From Paraglomus brasilianum (taxonomy: Eukaryota): a stretch of 60,919 nucleotides of DNA. The position numbers were made by a program, and so were the translations under genes. The stretch lies in the NCBI GenBank assembly GCA_910592345.1, contig CAJVPI010000072.1, positions 1 through 60,919 of the forward strand, read 5' to 3'. The notes below the pieces were generated by a model. The model was not told where the DNA came from and ran no database searches. It worked only from the letters and a program-made list of their open reading frames with translations. The first letter of the stretch is position 1. The number at the start of each line of letters is the position of its first letter. Of this stretch, positions 39,936 through 53,739 are shown piece after piece.

Positions 39936-41483
39936 TGAACTAATAAAACATGAGAAATTGACAGACCCGACTCTACGAACAGCATTCCTATTAAAATGAA
40001 CTCGATTAAAGCTCTCGTTTTCCTGACTCGAAACCCCCCCCCCCCCCATATTTCGGCTCTCGCAGTAGAAGACAGTCGTTCGCTCTAATCTACGGCATGA
40101 CGCAATTTTTTGTAGATACTGTAAGGCGTTTGAGAAGTACTGCAGATATCGTCTCTTGAATTGACCTAATCATTGATAACGGCATAACAAGAAACAGCAA
40201 ATAATCTATTGTTCGACGTTTGTGGAAAGCACAATTTGTATGCTTGTTAACCGGTTGTACAAAGTAATAGTTAATAGGTTCTCGGATAGAAGTGCATTTA
40301 GAAAATTGTCATTCAAACGGTGATATTAATGTAAAAGATTGCGTTTAACTCGCAGCACATTGCTGATCAGTGAGCAGAATTGTCTTTTAAATGTTAACAT
40401 GATCTTTCCCTTCAGCGCACAGCTACAAGTGCACGAATTGTTTTATTATCTAAACATTGATATACTGTATAGCGACCAATTATTTATCTTAAAAAATGAG
40501 ATACAAATCCTTTCTCTATGTTCTTTCTAAATCTTCCTCTTGCTCTTCCAATCCTCATTTTCTTTAAAATTATATATTAGACAAAGCATCCTTTTACAAC
40601 CTTTCCAAAACTCGTATTTCTTTTCCAATCCCATTCCCTCTAATCTAAGTTATCAAAGTCTTCATTTGATACGGAACCATCATTCCCACACCCAGCGCAC
40701 TATCATACAAGCCGATCGACAAACCTCTTCTCCCAATACGTCCGTCAATTACTGAACCAATGATTTCTTTTGATTTGCGTGTCCAAATTGGAGAACTTTT
40801 CGAACCAAATCGGAAGTCAGAAAAAAATAACTGCAAAAACACGCTTAATGATAAGCGAAATAGAAAGTTTGGACCGGATTTTACGAGGCGTGCACACGGA
40901 GTGAGAATGTTGACCAGAATACTGTCCATGGAGGAGTAATCATGCCAAAGTTAGGAAACGCTTTCAGTTTTTGTACAGCGCGATGGCGACTTATCGATAA
41001 TCACGTGTTTATATAATTCGCGTTTAATAAATCGCTGTGTTTGTTAACTATACAGCTATCTGCAAAATAGCTTGTCTTAGAGAATCGATATGCTTTTTTT
41101 TATTCGACGTTTTAAATCTTTATTCCACAATATAGAGCATTTGATCTAATGCCGTTTTATTTGAAACCGATGACATTTATCTTTATTACCTTCTTCGGTC
41201 TCAATTGTATTATGCAGAGACAGAAGTTTAATTTGATATGAGTGAGGTACACGTATTATTATTAAGAATAAAATCTGATTATGTTGATAGTGAAATCAAC
41301 GGGGTATGGTATTAAAGTTGAGACTTTTTATAAAGGGCGGGGTTGATAATATGATTCTACATATTTAAATTTTTTGGGGCAATTTTCTGGGATTTAGGAC
41401 CCCAAATTTCGTTTTATTGTCGTACCACCAGTAAAGTTCACATCAAATCACGTGATATAGACTGATCGATCTAACCCTTCTAT

Positions 41484-41541
41484 GTATTAATATAGTAGTA
41501 CACGGTACAGAAGTATTAATATAGTAGTACACGGTACAGAA
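41484..41541 (+). repeat. Perfect 29-bp tandem duplication
   Basis: gtattaatatagtagtacacggtacagaa, two copies. Confidence 0.9.
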
Positions 41542-44500
41542 AAGTAGAAATTAAACTAGCAGAATATGTATCACACAGAAGAAGCGCATTCATGCAGGTA
41601 GTATAAATTTTGGTGTAACTCAGATTTGCTCTCCGTTATCATTGTTTATACAAATAAAGTAATGATGCGAAGGTTCACATTCTCATATTAATACGGATAA
41701 TCTGGCGCAATCAGTAGTTCTTTAGAACTTTGAGACTAAAGTCCATGAATACTGCCCAAAAATACCCAACGTTATTATCATTGTTTCCTCTCAACCTTCG
41801 TCAGAAACGGCAAAAGAAGGATAAAAAATTGTTGAAACGTTACGGCGGCAGCGGCAGTGAAAGAAGAAGAAAAGGGGACGCTCAATACATCCCCCTGCGA
41901 AGCCACCGACAATACCGAAGGGGGACTGCAAAAGCTGATAAGTCCCCCCATACCTGTAAGAACGATGGAGGAATGGAGAGAGGGAAAGCGGAGAAGATAC
42001 CGTTCCTCCCCGCCCCGCTGGAAGACGGAAAGCAGATGCTTCCCTTCGATTCATCTTCGAGAGATAATCGATGGGAGGCCATACTACCAAGAGTAGACAA
42101 ACAGGGTCTACTAGTGCTGTTAGGCGCTGGTCCCCCCTCTTTCTCAGCCTTTCTGGCATGAAAATACATGTCGGATATTTATGGTCTCTTTTTGGGGTTG
42201 GGCAATGATGGGGTTAGGGACAATGTTGGTGGTGGCTCCGGCTATGGACAATGGTGTGGCCCCTCCGGACAATGGTGGTGGTGGCTGCGGACAACGATGG
42301 TGGTTCGCGGCCGGTGCTCTACACGTTAGAACACTGATATATATACGCACATAGTTATAGTTATAGTGATAGGTTTTTATTTTGTAAATATCATTTCAAT
42401 GTTGTAAATAAAGTATCATGTAACATATCAATATCGTAATTAAACAGTTCGATGTCATTATGATTGCCCGAAAATTTAATACTAATACTCTCGCAACGTA
42501 GCGATTTCGCCTAAAACGTTTTATTCCCACGATGGGAATAGGTCACATAAAAGATGGGGACGGAGAAAATCCTTAATGCTACATGCTTTCGAATAATGGA
42601 AAAACGCATGCATCGAGTTTATGGTAGACAGCCAGGTAAAAATATATGTTGCTCGGCGAGATTGCGGTGATTCTGTACTCTATACGGGCTTTCAAGAAGG
42701 GACTGGCTTAATCGAGCAAATACGTTAAAGTACAGAGATTGCGGTTTTAGAATCGCAATCATCCGCAAATATTGAATCCTTATTCGAACATTGTATTATG
42801 CATCATTAGGCTTTTGTCAGGCTTCGCTTTACGTCCCACGTTAAAGAAAGCGGTTAATCCGTTTCAGAAGCATAAATTCTTCAAGATGAATTTATAGAAA
42901 CGGTTTGTCAAACTGATTTTCAGTAAAAACGCGCTCGCTTGTAGCAACAGACTGCATCGTGGTAAGAGTTCTTGTTTTAGTATCGGAACATCTAGAAGAA
43001 AACAAACGTGGGTGTGATACTAATATCTAGCGCGAATCATCAAAAATCTTGCAAGGAGGACTCGTATTGCAACAATCGTGGAGATCTAGCGTTACAAATC
43101 ATCGAGGAAAGACTCGGATGATGGGATAGGATACGCTAGAAACTGCTGCAAGTAAGACACAGTTATCATAGCCACAACCGCATCCGATTAGCGCACTATC
43201 GTCTGGCCTCGAGAATAATCCATGGGCGTCAACGGGAAAGCAAGATAGTAAGTGCTCGATAAACAAAAAAGCTTTATTCCTTAAAATGTTACCACTAAGC
43301 TACAAAATGGGTCACCCTCATCCAGGCTGACGAGATACAAAACCGAAAAATATATTCGAACAGCTGTATTATATGAATACTTTACTCAGTCATCGATCAC
43401 GCTGAATATGATGATATGATGTCCCTTGTAATCGAAAGCGTCAGTTACATTCAGATACAAGGTGATAAGAGATGGAAGATGGTGTAAAACGAGCATTGCG
43501 CTTAGAAGGCACGGATTAGGCAAAGGCAAGGCTATGTATTTAATTTGCCTACGTTATTAAAGGAATACTGAAGCGCCAAGTTCTTTCCACGAATATGAAT
43601 TCGGGTTTACCTTCTCATCTACTGTGATCTGACAGGTCTGAGAAGAATGATGGAATCGAAAAGAAGGGTTTAGCTGAATTGGAATAAGAAGATAACTGTG
43701 GGGTATGGAATTAGGTGTGTAACTCCAAGTCCAATGCCGACCATATTAGAAACATTTGCAACAAGATACAGAAAACTTCACGTAACGATACTACACCTGA
43801 CACATCTGGTCAACTCAAATGTCATTTCTGATAGTAACAATTGTTTTATTCTGTAACATGTAAAAGCTACTCAAATATGCGATTAAGAGGCTGCGAAAAG
43901 ACCCACGTACAATCTGAACTATGCGGTTGCCTGTTTATGGAAGACAATTGAAGTATATGAAGGAACCGACCTTCCAATTTTCGGTACATAATATAATCAA
44001 CAATGCTTTGTGCATCTTTCAACCGAGATTAGGCACAGGGATATTTACTGGCGATGGTGACTTATTAATTGTAATTCTTATAGGATGAGCCTGCACGAGA
44101 CTTTAGAGGCATTGACCAAACAATAACAATAATGTGAAAATCTGCTCTTTGGAAGGTTGTGATCCCTTAGCTTTTTAATAACCGGAGCTTCCACAGTACG
44201 TACAATCATTCTAACATATTGGGTGAGTGTGTATTTTATCGATGCAAAATGACTTTATTATTATTTGAAGATTACAAATGAGGGCAACTCCCTCACAGTA
44301 GAGAAGAAGAACAATCGCTATGCTGTGATCTATGAGAATAATACTGAACTAACTATAGCGTCTGCTTACTCCTCGTTTAATACACCTGTTCTCCTTCCAC
44401 GTGTGGATCTCCATTCAGATCACACCTCCCCATCTCTCTATTCAGGTCGCGCCAGCGTCAATTTACAACACTGGTACGTTATTTATCCCCATTAATAATA

Positions 44501-45671
44501 AATTAAAAATGGGATCGTTTTGCATCCGCCAACGTTCTCAGCATCCATGACTGTATAGAGCCCGCCGGGTCTGGCGAGAGACATGAGCGGTCGCCGTAGT
44601 GACTTTGGTAGCCCTCTATTGAGAGAGCGAGTGTGAATGGCTTGGGAGAAGGCGCCTGGGCTGATATTATTGATCGTACGGTGTCCGGCGGTGGAAAGGC
44701 GAGGAAGAGAACTTTAGGTACGGCTCTTTCTGCGTATCGTTCGACGCTGGTAATTTATCCGCAATAGAATAGATTGGGTGCTGGTCTAACAGCCGGCGAG
44801 TTCGGTGTCGAGAGCATATTAATATAGAGAACAAAGGTTCTCTTTTGTAATAGTAGCGATAGTAACGTCAGTTAATCAGACGCGCTACTGACATTCGAGC
44901 CCGGATACGTTCTTTTTCTTCTTGCATTTCCTCCCAACTAGCTTTTACCATCTCTGGAGTGCGATCAGGTAACTGAAAAGCTGGAGAGTTGTTCTCCTAC
45001 TTATAATTAAACAAAGGTCACCAAAATGGAAAGTGGGAAAGACCTCTCAACAGAACTATAGTTTCTCAACAGTTAGTTTGAAAGTCGATGTATATGTAAT
45101 CAATAAAACTGAATATCATGTGATTTAATATATGAGAAGGTTTTTAGAGAAGAATAAAGAAGTGAGTGCTGGCAAATTTGGTCCCTTCATTAAATATCCA
45201 TCTCCCCTTTCACCAATTTCCTTTTTTGCATATACAATATGTTAAGCAAACCCGAATAGGAGTAAATCATCATAATCGTATACTGTTCATCGCTATTCAT
45301 TCGATTAAATACCAAAGATTGATATCTTTATTGACAGTATGTGATTAAGTTTGAAGTGCCAATTAGAAATACATGAATAAGAAATAGAAGAAGAATGATC
45401 TACTGGAACAGTATGTAAAAGAAAATAACGAAAAGAACAAGACAAACACCCGCCCCCCTATTGATAAGCCATTTGACGTGTTTGGCTTATCAATAATATC
45501 TATAAAATAAATAAAATTTCGAACTGTTGATACTAAATAAAAACCAACTACAATAACAACCCGGCCGCCCGGGAAACTTCCCGTCACGCTTTTATAAAAC
45601 CATATTTTTCTTGGCAGGCATATGGTTAACCTGACCAGAGTCCTTTATCTTCTTCTCAGTGAGCAGGCTTC

Positions 45672-45830
45672 AACTGAGTAAAACCGCGGCATCGATTTTT
45701 TCTTTTCCTCGGTTGACGAGGTAAAAGGTTTCGACCTTTTCTTCTTTTCCTCGACCGCGAGGTAAAAAGGCTTCAAAATTTTCTTTCTTTTCCTCGACCG
45801 CGAGGTAAAAGGCCTCATCCTTTTCTTCAC
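45672..45830. repeat. ~42-bp imperfect tandem repeat, 3-4 copies
   Basis: Recurring ttcttttcctcg......gaggtaaaa(a)gg; on the minus strand it encodes K/E-rich units such as KPFTSSTEEKKK. Confidence 0.8.
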
Positions 45831-46269
45831 CACCAGCTCTGTCATCCTGCTGAGTGGGATATTGCCGTATTCTTGGGCCTTGGGTAAGTTTATGGGGAGG
45901 GTGGGCAAAGAGAGGACAGTAATAATCTCTAATACCCTATAATGCCCCCCGAGAGTGTAGTTTATTGAAAGAGCAGGCGCATGCATGATGATACTTGGAG
46001 TATATCTTGTTAGTGCGCATTTAATAAAAGGACGGTTTAAAATGTCTTTAGGTGGAGAGTATATTTTGTCCTTGGTGTTATATGGCCGAGGAGACATATT
46101 TTTGTCTTTTGTTAAGGAGAATAGCATTGAGCACATTCTTATTAAATCCTGCGTCCTTATCATCATGCTAACAATGCCGCTGTACGACCATGATAATAAT
46201 GCCGCCGTACGACCATGATAATGTGGTTGACCCGTTTCGTTTATTCTCTTGCACCAATAAACTACATGA

Positions 46270-46296
46270 TTTGACCCGTTCTCAGAACGGGTCAAA
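46270..46296. repeat. Perfect 13-bp inverted repeat with a 1-nt spacer
   Basis: tttgacccgttct-c-agaacgggtcaaa. Confidence 0.9.
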
Positions 46297-48579
46297 CCCC
46301 AGAATGGGTCCTAACAGGGATATTGGATAATGTCTCAACATCTGATCTGAACCGGGACTAACGATCACTTCTATTAAAGGAGATAAGACATGATGATGTA
46401 ATACGATACAGCGCTGTCGCAATGTCCATTTTGTCGTTAGCTCTTCTTTAAACGCGCCTTCTAAACCCCGTTCCACAGTAATACACGGACCAACCAAATT
46501 ATCTGTATTTTACGTTCTGTGCATCAGAATTCTCGTTGTAACATTCTTTTCCGTAAACATCTACTTAATCTTTTCCTAGACTTCCTATTCCAACGAACTT
46601 AAACATGACGTGTTCTTTCCGTTCGATAGTCCTAATACATGGATGAAAGAATTCCCACCGTAAGAATAACCGCTTCTCTTCCATAACCTTTTCCTAGGCT
46701 ACGAACTTAACACAACGTGTTGACCATGTGCTTCTTGTACAACGCTTCTCTTCCATAAACTTTTTTTATAGAATTCCTTATTCCAACGTTCTATCATTCA
46801 TCCTTGTTATGAGAACTTAAACACGACAGCGTGTCAACTCCAACTGTGAATGGTGCATTCGCTTATCCCGCTGTGAATTGAACGTGAGAACACGATCATT
46901 ATACAGGCTTCTTTAGACGAGAAACGACTATCACCATCACGTTGATTGTAACTGTTAAGACACTCACGCAACCTCGCATGCCACACGTCGAATACACTTA
47001 AATACTCCATCTTTTCATGCATCGGATTGCTCTTCATCAAGTATGTGACAATCTACCTCTACATCAAGCACACCGTGTAGGTTACTCCACACTTTGTCTA
47101 TGACAATCGAACTAGAGCAAAGTAAATCGATAACGAGAAAGGAGCGGATCAGGAATATGACCGGTTAGAAAAACGATAGAGAGAAACCATATAGTTTAAA
47201 GCTATACGTTGTTGTCATTGTGCAATCGAAATAGAAGAATATAGTGGATTATACATAATTTAATTTATTTCTAATAGGATCACTTCTACGTAACATGAAT
47301 AATCTTGTAGGTCTGCGTGGTAAATACTATCGATATGTCGGCATAGGCAAAGATATATACATATTGTCATGTTCTATCACATTATCATCGGGAAGGTTTT
47401 ACATTCCTTAACGACGAATGAAGCATCAGAATGCGATGCTATGATGTCTTCTCCACCTTCACTTCCCACCAGCTTCACATCCCTTTACCTCTTTCACTCC
47501 CTTCGCTCTCCCACTGCCTTCACCCCCGCCACTCCTTAATGACTTAACATCACCAAACCGAACGAGTCACTGTCTATCATCTCGAAAGGTTTATGATGCC
47601 ATACTTCTATCAACGCGATTCAACAAATCATATAACGGCATATCAATTTAATCGACTCATACAACACCCCTCCCCCCATACCCACCACTTGAAGACGTTA
47701 TGAAGACTTTATGAAGACGTTATGAAGATTGCTTGGGACATTATATAATCTTGGTAGCAGGGAACACTTTAATAACAACAATTAATATTCCGAAACGAAA
47801 TTGGGCAGGAATCACGCTAAGCACAATATACGTATTAACATACATAATATATATATACAAGTTATTCGATAGAGATAATAGATGAGATTAATACCGCACC
47901 CATCCCTATGGAATAACGACTTAACTATAGAATAAAAGTCCTGACGAAGACCCCACATATTATTGTTCTTGTTGAAAGATCGCTTATGTTGCATTGCATG
48001 AATTGGGTGAAGATGCTCATTGTTGGGGTAACAAGACATAAAAGTTGGAAATAGTGTCTATGACGATTGTGGCAGGTTTTTGATGTAAGAGATAATGTTT
48101 TTCTCAAGGCTTTCCCTGAGAGCGATCAATCCGAAGATACATGTGAGGAATTATTTAAATTCGATGAGAAAGGGTTCTGATAATAATAAGGTAGCTCGTG
48201 TCTAATTTTGATCATTGTGCGTGTCACATCTACATTCTGTGTGACTTGAAAAACGGGAAATATGTCTAATTGGGTAGGGAATCTCGGCTTCATTCTTGCA
48301 ATGGAGTGATGAGATTTTAATACCCTACGGTGGATACCTATTGCGAATAATACCTTTTCTGATCGGCTCACGATCGATCTGTACGATAATAGTCAATATC
48401 CCTGCTGACCCGATAGAGTATGGCTTCTCCAAGTAACTCTGTATGGACAGTTAGTGAGGCGTCTAAAGGACGTGGAGTCTAGTTTTGACTGATATACTGA
48501 AATTGATGCCCGACGGTAAGTAACAATATAGCGGGTAACTTATTTGTAGTATCAATGACTGATTCGCGTAATCTGCTTC

Positions 48580-49310
48580 TAGTGATTACGACAATTAACA
48601 CAAGATTGGGGAGACAATTCCGGTTGATACAAAGACAATTTATATTATCCCACATTCCCGCCGTTCCATCAGTTGGCAAAATTTCTATAATAACAATAAC
48701 ACTGTGTTCATCCAAGTTTTGGACAGCACGTTCAGTCAATATGCCGATTACTACGTCATTGCCGACAGTAACTCTGTGAAAAGTAAACAATTCGGTGAAG
48801 TGCTTGCAAAATTCCTGGTATTTCAACACAAGTTAGTTGGTAATGCATGCAGTAACTATCTTGTAATATTATTAATGATAACAAAAGATTCAGAGGATGT
48901 TTATGCTGGTGAATTACGAGGAATACCAATTTTACGTGGCGAATAAGCTCTATAATTGCTTATTAACATATATTAATATGTTTTATTAGGCACTGTAAAC
49001 GGATTATTGCGCTTGACCGCCAATGGAACATCTTATGATGATAATCTTCCTTCGGGGGACAGGATAGCGTTTTGTGATTCCATAAAACGTCAACTTAGTC
49101 AAGTTGCCTGGTAATTTCTGCTTTGTCGAATCTCCTGCTAGTTACAAATAGCACTTGACTAATCCCATTTTTAATAGACAATTCATGGAAAGCCGCAATA
49201 CGATCTATCATTGGAAAACAAATAGCTCTTGTTTCGCGTTGAAATGAAATCTACAAGAGCCACTGATCAGAGAAGTGTATCCAAAGTCATGAGTGATCTT
49301 TATGTTGGAC
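48580..49310 (+). pseudogene. Remnant of a Glomeromycota-type Ig-like (Big_5/SbsA-like) membrane protein family member
   Basis: KIGETIPVDTKTIYI; TVFIQVLDSTFSQYADYYVIADSNSVKSKQFGEVL; GTVNGLLRLTANGTSY; QRSVSKVMSDL. These motifs recall the expanded AM-fungal family (VLxSTFN..YYVxIDNNFVKS; GLLRLTxEGTxYF). Stops and frameshifts are present. Confidence 0.6.
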
Positions 49311-49727
49311 GAGACTTATGGATTCACAGTGACGCGTGAGTAGGTCTACCTCATATCAACCTCCACTTTTACATATTATTTAATTAATTTCAGCCAATTT
49401 TCAAATACGAATTTTTGGCTATATTTTGTATATTACATACAATGTTGTATGTGTAATAATTGTCTTGTAGGGAGAAACTTTGCAATATTCAGATTGCTAT
49501 TATACTTCAAGATATGGTCCTCGATATAATAGTCGACTTATGATTGCAAATATTCAATCCAATCAATTCTTGGTTTTCAGACGTTGACGTATTGAGTATA
49601 TAATTTATTTGGTTTTAGCAATTATTTATGTAAATACAGTAATGAAGAAACTTTCTAATAAAATGTCTGTACAAAGTACATTATCACTATTTGCTGAAAC
49701 ATTCGCAATTAAACTCTCCATTCTGCT

Positions 49728-50172
49728 CATCATTTGTCGCATTGCTTGTCACCTTCTTCATCTTGTTTGGCCGGTAAGTACGATGTACCGTTCCATCATT
49801 TGTCACATTGCTCGTCACCTTCTTCATCTTTTTTTGTTGGTTCTATATATTTAGTAAGTACGCAGCCCGTCACCGTCTTCATCTTGCTTGGTCGGCTCCA
49901 TATACTTGGTAAGTACATCATTTGCCGCATTGCTCGTCACCTTCTTCATCTTGCTTGGTTTTTCTTTAACAATGATATCAATCATTTCCTTGATGCTGAA
50001 ATCGTCATCTTTTCTTTCGTACGCTTGGGTGGCAACGATTACAAACTATTTTTTTTATGCGTCGCGAGTGGCAACGATTACGAACTAATTGTTTTTTATG
50101 CGTTGCGGGTGGCAGCCGTTCCATCATTTGTCGCATTGCTCACTTGGCCGGCTCCATATACTTGGTAAGTAC
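49728..50172. repeat. Complex tandem repeat array
   Basis: About four to five imperfect or partial copies of catcatttgtcgcattgctcgtcaccttcttcatcttgcttgg..ggtaagtac, interrupted by ~2.5 copies of gtggcaacgattac.aacta.tttttttatgcgt.gcg. Confidence 0.85.
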
Positions 50173-50559
50173 TTGCGGTTCTAGTGCCAGTATTTACGGA
50201 AAAGGGTTGTGTCATCGCTGACCCCGATGTTGGCTACGACGCCGTGCCAAACGCTAGTGTTGAGGATAAGCGGCAGGGCATCTCGTCCTCGGTAAGTGTC
50301 GTAAGACAACTTCGTTCATTCCCAGTGGCAGAGTTCCGTCTCCGTCTCTTCACCAACTGTTTCTTCTCGTCGTCATTATCTTGGAATACAGCTCTAACGC
50401 ATCCCTTGTGCAGCGGGGCCTGTTTTATGGCAGAGCATAGGAACAGGTACATATCGATATTGAATGAAATATGAATATAAAAAAATTGGGGACGCATTAA
50501 TTAGACTTTCATGATGGAAGAGCGTTGAAATTTAGTTGTACTTCGCGCACGTGATTATA

Positions 50560-51010
50560 CACTAATAATATATCTTGGAGACTGGGTATTGAGGAACACA
50601 CAATTGTTTAGTACTATCTCGCGTCGGGTTTTCGATGTACCTTCCGAACGCTTCAGCTATATGCTGTGATACTCTATAATCAAAGTTATTAACGCTTTCT
50701 AGAAACGCGATAAAATCGTCGGTTTCGTAATTGATCTGATGGCACACTCCACAGGCTTTGCTTGTCGAATTGGAGAGTCTATCCCAACTTCCTCGTGTGC
50801 AAAGTGATGTTTTCGTCGGTTTGTTATTAGGAGATCCCCCACTGTTCCTTTTTTCGTTCCAGGGTTGCGGTATTTATCTGTAGGTCGTCTTTCGTGTTCG
50901 ATTGAGGTGTGGTTTATATTCCACGGAAAGCTGACAAAAACTGCGGACCAGGAGAACCCTTTCTTATAATGAATCAGGCCCATTAAAGTAGGAATGGTCA
51001 TGATTACCAA
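50560..51010 (-). pseudogene. Degraded lineage-specific gene with a possible PD-(D/E)xK-like motif
   Basis: EGFSWSAVF...TSIEHERR...KKGTVGDLLITNRRKHHFAHEEVG has the G-x-D-hydrophobic...E pattern of restriction-endonuclease-like domains expanded in Mucoromycota; weak. Confidence 0.3.
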
Positions 51011-51153
51011 AGATTAATTATTTCTTTGCAGTTGTCCTGATGAATTGCTGAAAATAAAATGTTTAGAGCTTGATCCCTTGAGTGATGTCAAATGCTCACT
51101 TTGTCTGAGCATGCCCACCTCTACACGTGACTTACGATTCAAATCGTGTATAA

Positions 51154-51270
51154 TTTGTCTGCTTTTGTAATGACTAAACGCGGATTTCGACATTCAACCT
51201 GAAAATAGCAATCATATAGGGAATGGCAATTCCCAAATCGTGTATAACGACAAGTACACAGCGAACGAAT
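51154..51270 (-). repeat. Inverted, diverged single copy of the 53015-53496 repeat unit
   Basis: tctgcttttgtaatgactaaacgcggatttcgacattcaacctgaaaatag...atagggaatggcaattcccaaat is the reverse complement of unit sequence. Confidence 0.9.
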
Positions 51271-53014
51271 AGCTTACATACCGACTTCCTCATCTGTACT
51301 AGACCCATGCTTTGGCGTATGCGGCCTTTACTTGGCGCAGCTATAAACGCGCAAGTTAATCTTTGAATTTTCTGCTATCAAAAAATTACCATCGTTCAAA
51401 CAAAGTGAACAATGGGGCTCATAAATAATTTTTTTTGACAAACTTTTTAGGGGAAGCCCGAGATTGTTGTGAGTGAGCCGGCTATTAACCAAAGTGCACA
51501 GAGAAATAGTGTATACGGTATATCAAAACGCGTAAACGTTAACTATACCAGATGGGTTAAAATGGTGGATCTTTGTGCAGTAGCGGGATCAAGATATAAC
51601 GACTATCGTAACGGCTATACCGTACGCTCTTATATTAATATTGTTGCGTTCGTCTAATTATCGGATAAACCTAGAATAATGCCCTCATGTGTAAAATCAT
51701 TTTTTATTGAACTCTTTGATTAGCTGGTCTTCATTTTTCTTCTCAATTGTCGCTCGTTCAGTTTTGATGGTCTACCAGTCCTAGCCCATACTTATCCTTA
51801 TATCGTTTAATAATACACTGAACATCTCCCTTTGAATACTCAACAATAGCAGATATTGTAGAAAAAGAATGCCTCTCCTCAAGTGCAAACTTATAACCAC
51901 TCCTCGCCTCAGGTAATTAATACGATTTATGTAATGTCAGATGCCTTATATGGGAAATACAATCATTTAACTTCAAAATTTATTAACAGTTATTTAATAG
52001 TATACAAATATTATACAAATAAATTCATTTCTAAATAAGTAAAAGTGAACCAATCGGTTAAAAGGTTTTTCGTCTTATATTTATGTGGGATACTTTGCGC
52101 TTATGTATTTGCCGCGCAAGTTCAAAAAACCGTTTGATGAACGTCTGCTTGGTGCGGGACACGTTCCTTTTTCTTCTCATTCCATGTTTCAATTGGCAAG
52201 CATTTGCCAGTGAGAAGTTGGAATCGTGAGCCAGACGAAAAGGAAGGTCTGTTCATCAAAACTGTCGAGAGTTTGAATAGATATTGTGTTGTGAGTTTTA
52301 AGCAAAAATAAACATATTCAGAAAATAACGAAGGCGGTATGTACAATTATGGAACTTACCCGTTTTTTGAAACTGATATTCTTCGAACTCGTCAGTTAAA
52401 CTCGTCAGCATAAATATCTGCTGAAGCACCTACAATCAAATGTTACCGTTAACATTTAATATTTAATAACAGCGTAATCACTACTGTCTCTGCTAACTAA
52501 CCTGTGTCGCGCCTATCAATATTAATAGCTGCTGTACCATTTCTAAAAGGTCCTTGGATATTGTAAAGCGGAAGCAGCTCAACGTATTAAATGGCTGTTT
52601 ACGGGTTGAATTCTCATTGGGGTATAGACGGCACGTGAATTGAGAAATTGTACTCATGTCAGACAAAGTGCAAGTTCAACTTTAAATTGCTTCCTCTTGA
52701 AACTACAGAAGAATGTGCTGATAAAGACGAAGGATATGTGCCATATTAACGTCTCGTCATTTCAAAGACAATCTGGAATCAGACATTGCGGCAAAATGGA
52801 TGGGTTAAGCATTACTCGATGACAGTATAGAAGACGAGAACTGGAGAATGCCAAGAATTCGCGCGCTGATACGACAGCGATCTGTCCCTTCCTCTTCAGT
52901 GTTTTCGCGCGCTCTTTCATCATAATGGTCCCTCGCTACGTTCAACCAAACTATCGATGCGTATATGTTATGTTAATCGCACGTAGAAAAAAACTAGGCT
53001 GTTGTTGTGTGGGA

Positions 53015-53496
53015 GTCATTGCCATTACAAAAGCAGACGAATAACGTGCGCAGCCCTAATGCATACCAATGTTTAAGGGCGTACGAATTTGGGAATTGCT
53101 ATTCCCTATCGCTATATCATTGCCTATTTTCAGGTTGAATGTCGAAATCCACGTTTAGTAAGTCATTGCCATTACAAAAGCAGACGAATAAAGGGAAGTT
53201 CGTTCGCAGCCCTGATGCATACCAATGTTTAAGGACGTACGAATTTGGGAATTGCTATTCCATATCGCCTATTTTCAGGTTGAATGTCGAAATCCACGTT
53301 TAGTAAGGCATTGCCATTACAAAAGCAGACGAATAAAGGGAAGTCAAGGACCATTCATTCGCAGCCCTAATGCATACCTATGTTTAAGGACGTACGAATT
53401 TGGGAATTGCTATTCCCTATCGCCTATTTTCAGGTTGAATGTCGAAATCCACGTTTAGTAAGTCATTGTCATTACAAAGCAGACGAATAAAGGGAA
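53015..53496 (+). repeat. ~147-bp tandem repeat, about 3.2 copies
   Basis: Units start at 53015, 53162, 53307 and 53462 (gtcattgccattacaaaagcagacgaataa...tttgggaattgctattcc...ttcaggttgaatgtcgaaatccacgtttagtaa); lengths are 147, 145 and 155 bp. Confidence 0.95.
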
Positions 53497-53739
53497 TGGG
53501 CATATATAATGGCATGAGTAAACTCAGGTTCTGCAACATATTAATATACATTCTGGTAATATAAATTATCACAAAAACCAAGAATGTCATTCCACACTTC
53601 GACGAATGAAACATCAGACATGGACTCAGTTCAAAATATGGAGTCTAAACACAATATTTTCACCCAACGCGCATACACAAACAGCATCAAACGCAACTTT
53701 AACAGCGCCAAATACAAACGTGTCAGTTGCAGCATCCCC

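Noticed and set aside
41730..42350. Overlapping ORFs on both strands in a GC-rich patch
   Set aside because: Higher GC explains the open frames; no family was recognised.
42500..44480. Multi-exon gene-like region with splice-like signals
   Set aside because: Probably a decayed gene, but I could not identify any motif, so it is not called.
53015..53496. CRISPR-like array
   Set aside because: Whole units are repeated with no unique spacers, no cas genes are present, and the context is eukaryotic.
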